A DNA stretch of 64,000 nt, from the IMG/VR virus record IMGVR_UViG_3300043570_000787, positions 973 through 64,972 of that record. The stretch is one strand, 5' to 3'. Below are positions 57,482 to 64,000 of this stretch, piece by piece (positions within the stretch are counted from its first letter, which is position 1; the number at the start of each line of letters is the position of its first letter). Under the pieces are notes generated by a model, which worked only from the letters and a program-made list of their open reading frames with translations, had not been told where the DNA came from and did not search any database. The translations under genes were made by a program, and so were the position numbers. The stretch is from a virus (Duplodnaviria; Caudoviricetes).

Positions 57482-60400
57482 TTATTGTATGTTTGAAGCA
57501 TCATCAATTTCATCGATGGTTTCTGATTCATTATAATCATCTATGTCATCAATACTTACTCCTCCTGTAGATGATTTATATCTTGGTTTAAAATTCTGAA
57601 CACCTGCTCCAAGTAAGTTTAGCATAGTTAATCCTGTTCCTGCTACAACGCCATGCTCATCATTCAATTTTTTAACATCTTGAGTCCAAATAGGAACTGT
57701 TAAATCTTGTGCCCATACAGGATATCCTAGATCATTCCAAATACTATTTTCTTTTTCTTTTTCTAGTTTGTCTTTTTCTTGTTGAGATGCTGTTTTATCA
57801 AGGAAATCATATCCCATTCGTGGAATAGGAGCTAATTTATTAGCAAAAAAGTCTTTAGCTATATCAAACTTTGTTGTTCCTCCAAATTTTTGATTTAATT
57901 CCTCAACTTGTGCTGAAGTTAAGTTTTTCTTTTGGCCCATTAATATTTGAGATGCACTTCTGTAGAATGGTAAGAAACCTCCTAAGAAATCAACTCTAGT
58001 ATTTCCATTTTTAATTTTGCCAAAATCAGAGCTTCTTGGATCTAATTCTACTGATGTATCATCATCATCATCATTATTATAATATAAAGCAGCTAATGCA
58101 GTCATTGTTGTTGCCATTGCAAAGAATGTACCTGTTTTCTTTAATGCCATTTTTCTTGCAGCAGGAGATAATTTAGCATAATAGAAAGGATTCATACCTA
58201 CATTAATACGAGACGAAATTAATCTAGGTGAAAAGAATACTGATCCTAATTTTAATGCTAGATTCGGGTCCATTGTACCTCTACCTGTTGCATTATTTAT
58301 ATAATTAGCCCAAGATTTGAATTCATCTTTATTTGCTTCTGGAGTAAATCCCATTTCTTTTAGTGCATTTGCTCCATCTAAAAATGATTGAACACGTAGA
58401 TTATTTAAGAATCCTGAATATGCATACTCAGATCTTTTATATAGATTGGTTCCTGGAAGTACTGTCTTTCCTTTTATCTTGTATGATTGACCTAATATTG
58501 GAATTTTGTTACCTAAGTTATTAGCTAATACCTCTTCCATTGCTGATAATTTACCGCTTTGTTCAGCAATAAATAATCCACTTTCTTTTAATAAAGGATA
58601 ATATTCAGATGATTTTAATTCAGCTATCCATTTGTCATATTTATCAGGATTAGCCCAAAAAGAAAACATTTGCGCTATTTGCTTTCCTGATTTAATAGGA
58701 TTTTGAGTAAGCATCATAATGATGCCCTGTCTTAATGGAGCAGATACATCTATTGATGCTTTTAATCCTTTAGGTAAATTTGAAATTGACGAAAGACCTC
58801 TTCCTGCTTTGGCATACCAAGGAGCTGCTGCCATCTCGGCTTTTTCTAATTCATACTCATAATCAGTAATCAATTTTTGACGCTCAATTTCTAATTTTCT
58901 AGCTTCATCATCTATTCTGATAGATTCAGGTTTAGGTTTTTTAGAGAAATCTTTTTCAGTGATACGTCTCTGCAAATCTTTATTACGATCAGATAAACGT
59001 TTCTTATACTGCTCTAATCTCTTGGCTCTTCTTTCTTCTATTTGCTCATCAGTTAATGGCTGTTGTCTTCTTAACTGCTCAAGTTCAGCATTTAAAGCGT
59101 CTCTCTTATCTTTAAGTTCTTGAGCTTCTTTATCTAATAATGTAGATTGCTTACCTTTCTTAGCTAAATCATTTCTAAGTATCTTCTCCTCAAGTTCGGC
59201 AATTTCATTTTCTTTTCTCTTCTTGTAAGATTCAAGCTTTTGTTCATTCATGAACTCTATATCTTCAAGTGATAATGGCAACTTAGCCATCTCCTCTCTG
59301 ATTGCTCTTTTTAGTTGCTCTTCCTGTTCAGATAATCTTCTTCTAGCATCTCTCCTCGCTTTTTTACTTTTTAAGTTATCGAAAAGAGAATTATTAGCTA
59401 ATGCTTTTTGTATATCCTCAAGCTTAGATAACATTCTACCAATGCTTTTTATTTCATTGATTTTCTTTTGTACCTCATCTTTAGTAGGATTTACTTGCTT
59501 ACCGTAATTACTAATAGCATCTCTTATCTGTCTATCACTAGCATCAGTAAACATTGCCTGAACATCTGCTCTAACATAGTTGATTACATCCTCTATCGTC
59601 TCTGCTCCTTGCTCTACTGCTTCGCGAATTAATGCTGTACTTACAGATATTTTACCATCTTTAGATGACACATACGTATTATCTTCTTTGGTTTTCTTCT
59701 TGCCTTTTCTACGAGCATTATCTTCCTTGATGTCATTTACTGCTTCAGAATCACTTGATTTTTCAGCTTCTTTTTTAAGTCTTTCAATTTCTTTATTAAG
59801 ATCCTTAATTTTATTGCTTGCTTCTCTTAGTTTCTCCTCAAGACCTTCAGGCATTTTAGTATCAGCGTACTTAGCTCTTACTTTATTAACCATCACTGCA
59901 GCATCATATTGAGAGTTAAGCATTACTCTTCTTAAAGCCAATGATAGACCATTAAAATACCCTGTAATGTTAGCCATTACATCATAGTCAGCAATTTTCT
60001 GTTCAACTATATCTATTTCATATTTTAATAAATCTTCAATATCTGCATTGTTATTTTTAGATAATCTTTCATATAAATCAGCTAATTCATTATCAAGTCC
60101 AACTTTATAGTAAGACATAGCAACTGTCTCAATTGGATCTAATGAACGACCTTTAACATTAATGATTTGATTGATTATTTCAGAAGGATTAATTTCACCG
60201 CTTTCGATTGCTCTTTGACCAGCATCAAGAGCTTCTTTATATGTCATTTTCTCAATCTTCTCAGCAGACAATTCTTTTGCAGCATCACTAGACAATGCAT
60301 TTTTCATTCCTGAATACTCAGGTCTTAATCTAAAATCATCACTAGACACATAATTAATAACTTCCTGAGCTTCTGCTTCAGTCATTTTATTTTCCTTAAC

Positions 60401-62374
60401 CATTTGATCAGTGACTTTCTTAGCAGCATCATTAAGTGCAAATGTCAAGTCAGCTCCAGCTAATACTAGTTTCTTAGTTAATTCAATTATTGCATTCCAT
60501 GATATCTGAATAATAGGAGTAGAATTTAATTGACCTTTTAAATTAAACTTTTTGCTATCAAATGCTTCAGATATTTTTCTTTTAAGATCTTCTCTTTTGC
60601 TTTTATAAGCTTTCTCAGCAGCGTTAGCAGATGGTTCAGTTACATTAATTAATACACCATCCCCATTGACTTCCATCCATTTATTAGTGGTATTACTGAA
60701 TACCATTTGTCTATTTCTTGTGCCAGCCTCTAGTGCTGGTAGCGAAACAACTTTAGCATCAGTTCTTGTCTGTTGGTATATTGCCTCTGCCTTTTCTTTT
60801 AAGGTATCACTTGTCTCATAAGTAGTGCCGTCAGATCTAAGTGCTTGCCATTGATTGGTTCTTTTGTTCTTAACCATTTTGACTACAGGTGAAGACACGC
60901 TTCTACCCGGTACATCAACGGTGATATTAGCTCCTTTTCCTTCAGATACTCTTTCTTTTGCTTCTGTAGTTTCTTCTACTTTCTCTGCAATTGGTTTATC
61001 TAGGTAAATAGTGTCTCCTGCTGGAGTTTCTACTACTCGTTGACCATTTATGTTAGTTGTGATTGGTAAGCCCTTGTAAGAGGCTCCAGGGACCATTTTA
61101 GTATTGTCCATTGGACTTGGTCTCTCTTCACCTTTTACATCTGCTGTATTACCATTTACTTTAACGGTAAATGCTTTTTCTCCTCCACGCTTATCAATTG
61201 CTTTAGCTTTGTATGATTCTTTAGCTTCTGCTTTAGGTGCTTTTTCTGTTTTTACAGGTTCAGCTTTAGCTTCTGCTTTAGGCTCTGCCTTTGTTTCTGC
61301 TACAGGTGCTTTCTGCTCAAGCTTGGCTTTTCTATTTTCTTTTCTTTTTAAATCAGCCTTCTCTTGTTTAAGCTCATCTTTATTGTAATTAATAGTAGCA
61401 TTTCTATCTTCGATGTAGTCTTCTAGATTAGCATCAAGTTCATCAAGCTTCTCTGTCTTTTCTGCCTTAGACATTTTAGATGCTTTAATCTTTTCTTTCT
61501 CTGCCTTAACTCTTTCTTTCTCCTCTTGAATATTACTCTTTTCGATACCTATCTCTTCCTCTAAGTCCTCAATCTTCATTGTTGTGGAACTAATGTCTTT
61601 ATCTAATTGAGTAAGTTCTTGTTGTTCTTTCTTAGATAAAGTAGGTTCAGCTTTAGGTGTTTCTGCCTTAGCTTCAGGTTGTTTAGTCTCAGCAACAGGA
61701 GCCGCCTCTTGTGTTGGAACCTCTAATCCTAAGTCTTTAGCGAATGCACGGAATTGTTCTTCAGTAGCTAATTGTGTATCATCTGAAATAATGTAGCCAG
61801 CTAATTCTTCCCAAGTCATTCCATTTTTACCACCAACATTCCCTCCATTTCGAGATTCATTATTTGCTCTAGTAAAATATGGATCTATATGCTTTCTGTA
61901 TGCATTACCAAATTTTCTAAATGGAACTGAATTAAATGCTTTTCTAATAGCAGAATCAATATAACTTGATTTTAATTTACCATCCTTATCTACAGGAGAT
62001 ATTGATTCATTATGTTCTTTAGTAGCTCTTATAGATTGTTCATTAGATCCTTGATATTCAATTTTCTTTCCTGATAAATTAAAACCAGATCTTCTTGATT
62101 CACCTTGAATTTCTTTGATAGCTTCTTCTTCAGAAACTTCTTTTCCATCAATAAAGAATTTACCTTCTTCTTTAACCTCAGCAACAGGTGCTTCTACGAT
62201 AGGTGCTTCTGCAACAGGTTGTGCTGTTTCTGTCTTAGCCTTGAGTCCGTTAATGTTGATTACCTCATCATTAATATATTTATCAATAAGACCATCATTC
62301 AATGTTTTCTTAAAATCAGCTTCAGACAGCCACGTATCCGTACCTGGCAATCTATATCTACAAGGCTTCGCCAT
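57482..62374 (-). CDS. giant cargo/ejection-type protein (1630 aa)
   Basis: long coiled coils; C-terminal region (LRQG, INNATGRG, FFSPR, DPRSSDFGKIK) resembling phage large polyvalent proteins. Confidence 0.65.
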   Translation of the reverse strand: MAKPCRYRLPGTDTWLSEADFKKTLNDGLIDKYINDEVININGLKAKTETAQPVAEAPIVEAPVAEVKEEGKFFIDGKEVSEEEAIKEIQGESRRSGFNLSGKKIEYQGSNEQSIRATKEHNESISPVDKDGKLKSSYIDSAIRKAFNSVPFRKFGNAYRKHIDPYFTRANNESRNGGNVGGKNGMTWEELAGYIISDDTQLATEEQFRAFAKDLGLEVPTQEAAPVAETKQPEAKAETPKAEPTLSKKEQQELTQLDKDISSTTMKIEDLEEEIGIEKSNIQEEKERVKAEKEKIKASKMSKAEKTEKLDELDANLEDYIEDRNATINYNKDELKQEKADLKRKENRKAKLEQKAPVAETKAEPKAEAKAEPVKTEKAPKAEAKESYKAKAIDKRGGEKAFTVKVNGNTADVKGEERPSPMDNTKMVPGASYKGLPITTNINGQRVVETPAGDTIYLDKPIAEKVEETTEAKERVSEGKGANITVDVPGRSVSSPVVKMVKNKRTNQWQALRSDGTTYETSDTLKEKAEAIYQQTRTDAKVVSLPALEAGTRNRQMVFSNTTNKWMEVNGDGVLINVTEPSANAAEKAYKSKREDLKRKISEAFDSKKFNLKGQLNSTPIIQISWNAIIELTKKLVLAGADLTFALNDAAKKVTDQMVKENKMTEAEAQEVINYVSSDDFRLRPEYSGMKNALSSDAAKELSAEKIEKMTYKEALDAGQRAIESGEINPSEIINQIINVKGRSLDPIETVAMSYYKVGLDNELADLYERLSKNNNADIEDLLKYEIDIVEQKIADYDVMANITGYFNGLSLALRRVMLNSQYDAAVMVNKVRAKYADTKMPEGLEEKLREASNKIKDLNKEIERLKKEAEKSSDSEAVNDIKEDNARRKGKKKTKEDNTYVSSKDGKISVSTALIREAVEQGAETIEDVINYVRADVQAMFTDASDRQIRDAISNYGKQVNPTKDEVQKKINEIKSIGRMLSKLEDIQKALANNSLFDNLKSKKARRDARRRLSEQEEQLKRAIREEMAKLPLSLEDIEFMNEQKLESYKKRKENEIAELEEKILRNDLAKKGKQSTLLDKEAQELKDKRDALNAELEQLRRQQPLTDEQIEERRAKRLEQYKKRLSDRNKDLQRRITEKDFSKKPKPESIRIDDEARKLEIERQKLITDYEYELEKAEMAAAPWYAKAGRGLSSISNLPKGLKASIDVSAPLRQGIIMMLTQNPIKSGKQIAQMFSFWANPDKYDKWIAELKSSEYYPLLKESGLFIAEQSGKLSAMEEVLANNLGNKIPILGQSYKIKGKTVLPGTNLYKRSEYAYSGFLNNLRVQSFLDGANALKEMGFTPEANKDEFKSWANYINNATGRGTMDPNLALKLGSVFFSPRLISSRINVGMNPFYYAKLSPAARKMALKKTGTFFAMATTMTALAALYYNNDDDDDTSVELDPRSSDFGKIKNGNTRVDFLGGFLPFYRSASQILMGQKKNLTSAQVEELNQKFGGTTKFDIAKDFFANKLAPIPRMGYDFLDKTASQQEKDKLEKEKENSIWNDLGYPVWAQDLTVPIWTQDVKKLNDEHGVVAGTGLTMLNLLGAGVQNFKPRYKSSTGGVSIDDIDDYNESETIDEIDDASNIQ

Positions 62375-62375
62375 A

Positions 62376-62852
62376 TTATTTTCCTAATTCTTGATCAATT
62401 AAAATAGGTTCGCTAGTTCTCATCAAGCGAGCAATTAAATCACCGTACTCTCCAACGCTTTCTACTTGAATCTCAATGTAATGGTGAATAAGGGGTTTCA
62501 TCTTAGGACTGCATTTATCCCAAGCTTCTTCGTATTTACCAAGAAGGTCCATCTCCATATCAAGAGCAACTTCAAATGCTTCCATTAAATCATCTACATC
62601 AATAGATACAGCTTGTAATGTTGGTACTTCGATTTGCTCATTCATATCATTCATGAATGCCTCTAATCCATTAAAATGCTCTCTCTCACTATTGGACTCT
62701 GCCATGAAGAATTTCTCAGCTCCTGTGAAGCCAATAGTTTTCATAGTATTAGATAGGTGTAAATACGCTTGACTAGCCGTAAGTTCTTCTACACCAAGTG
62801 CATTAATCATTTTAACTTCTTCTTTTGTTAATAGCTTTTTCATTATCCGCAA
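62376..62852 (-). CDS. ferritin-like protein (probable start 62843)
   Basis: EELTASQAY, GAEKFF..ESNSEREH, ALDMEM, EIQVE, DQELG; matches the ferritin four-helix pattern. Confidence 0.8.
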   Translation of the reverse strand: MRIMKKLLTKEEVKMINALGVEELTASQAYLHLSNTMKTIGFTGAEKFFMAESNSEREHFNGLEAFMNDMNEQIEVPTLQAVSIDVDDLMEAFEVALDMEMDLLGKYEEAWDKCSPKMKPLIHHYIEIQVESVGEYGDLIARLMRTSEPILIDQELGK

Positions 62853-64000
62853 TCTTTTTCAATTAAATTATTCTTCTCTAGGTCTCTAACGATACTAGCA
62901 AAGTTAGTATCTATTTTTGAAATTCTATTATAGTCAGGCCCATACTTTTGCTTTAAGGCTTTCACTGCTTTAGTTTTTGCCGTACCCTTAAGGCTTTTGG
63001 TTGATTCTAGTTCAGTAAATGGATTACCTGTTGTAGGTTCAGTTGTTCCCATTTCGGGAACAGTTGTTTCAGTTTCTGCTACAGGTGTAGGTGCGGGTTC
63101 AACTACTTCTTGTTCTTCTTGAACCACTCCACTAGGGCTAACCTCTTCTTGGCTTGCTTCAACGACAGGTTCGGCTTGCTTAGGTTCTTCCCCTTTTCGC
63201 TCTTCACCTGGTATCCCTTGTTCGTTTTCTTTATCATATTTTTCTAAATCTAAAATGTCAATAGGTTCAGTAAATGAAGATGGATTCTCTCTTTCTTCTT
63301 CTACTGTAGATGGTGTTCCTTCTGATGCTTTTTCTATATTGTCTACATCAAATTCAATACCTCCCGTTTCAGTTTCTTTAACCTCTACTTCAGGTTCTTT
63401 CTCTACTTTTGCTTTCTTATCGTTTTGCTCAGTCTGAGCTTCAGCGTAATCGTCAACTTTTGATTCAGCTTTATTGATATCCTCTTTAACAGATTCTAAT
63501 ATCTCATCAACTTGTTTTTTCTTAGCTTCAGGTAAAGACTCATATGCAGCTCTTTGTTTGTCAGAGTCTACAATACCAAATCCAACCCCCATAATATAAG
63601 TTGATATCACAAATTCCTGAACTTGATCAAGAGTACCAAATCTTTCAGCTACCTCAGCAAAGAATCCTTTATCTCTTAATTCATCAGTGTATATGTTGGC
63701 AAATTCATTACCAAATTCCTCGGCTGTTTCTTTAAGACCTTGTACATTCGCCTCTCCAATTTTCTTAAGTACATTGACAGCTTTGTCTGTATTTGCACCA
63801 AATATCTTCTCAACATATGAATAAGCTTTCTCAGCAGGTAGTTTCGCCATTAATGCAGCAAATGATTCAGATGCTAAACCTCCAACTAATCCTGATGCAA
63901 AATACATCTCTTCTTGAGTAGATCCGAACACACGACCTGTAGCTTCAAATTCAGCAGCAGTCTTTAATGGAGATACTAAATACTTACCATACTTAGTTGA
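62843..64000 (-). CDS. C-terminal part of a large cargo-type protein (starts beyond window end)
   Basis: frame stays open from 63931 to 64000; E/P/T-rich tail; stop overlaps the ferritin ATG. Confidence 0.75.
   Translation of the reverse strand, partial: STKYGKYLVSPLKTAAEFEATGRVFGSTQEEMYFASGLVGGLASESFAALMAKLPAEKAYSYVEKIFGANTDKAVNVLKKIGEANVQGLKETAEEFGNEFANIYTDELRDKGFFAEVAERFGTLDQVQEFVISTYIMGVGFGIVDSDKQRAAYESLPEAKKKQVDEILESVKEDINKAESKVDDYAEAQTEQNDKKAKVEKEPEVEVKETETGGIEFDVDNIEKASEGTPSTVEEERENPSSFTEPIDILDLEKYDKENEQGIPGEERKGEEPKQAEPVVEASQEEVSPSGVVQEEQEVVEPAPTPVAETETTVPEMGTTEPTTGNPFTELESTKSLKGTAKTKAVKALKQKYGPDYNRISKIDTNFASIVRDLEKNNLIEKDCG

Noticed and set aside
57482-62374. virion RNA polymerase
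   Set aside because: no DxDGD catalytic motif seen; the sequence is largely coiled-coil and helical
1-64000. stop-codon reassignment as in some crAss-like phages
   Set aside because: long genes are intact under the standard code, TAG and TGA terminate genes at sensible junctions, and no suppressor tRNA was seen

Overview
The whole window is genome of a tailed dsDNA phage with a Bacteroidota (Flavobacteria-like) host. Host assignment is inferred from about 16 TAnnTTTG promoter elements placed just upstream of genes. The minus strand carries a podovirus-type virion module reminiscent of crAss-like phages (1-26146: terminase, portal, scaffold-like protein, major capsid, three ring-like proteins, a 1523-aa tail/muzzle-like protein, ejection proteins) and a second late block (47015-64000: giant cargo proteins, ferritin, fibres, lysis). 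The plus strand (about 26980-47018) carries early and replication genes: amidoligase plus class II glutamine amidotransferase, Sak/Rad52, DnaB with an intein, MazG-like proteins and SSB. No DNA polymerase, primase, RNA polymerase, integrase, tRNA or CRISPR array was seen, and the standard genetic code fits. The top finding is at the start of the early arm: a host-type promoter is followed by about 500 nt of ORF-free, densely base-paired sequence closed by a long-range helix, then directly by a type I hammerhead ribozyme with a variant CCGAUGA core (27487-27554) whose predicted cut lies 23 nt before the first early gene. Other findings: an array of small genes joined by a repeated ~20-bp junction sequence, two attenuator-like leaders of identical architecture but unrelated sequence, a class 3 intein starting with Glu, a five-member WxxxxxGxxYW protein family, and a ferritin inside the cargo operon. 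All calls were made by eye from motifs and synteny, with no database searches.
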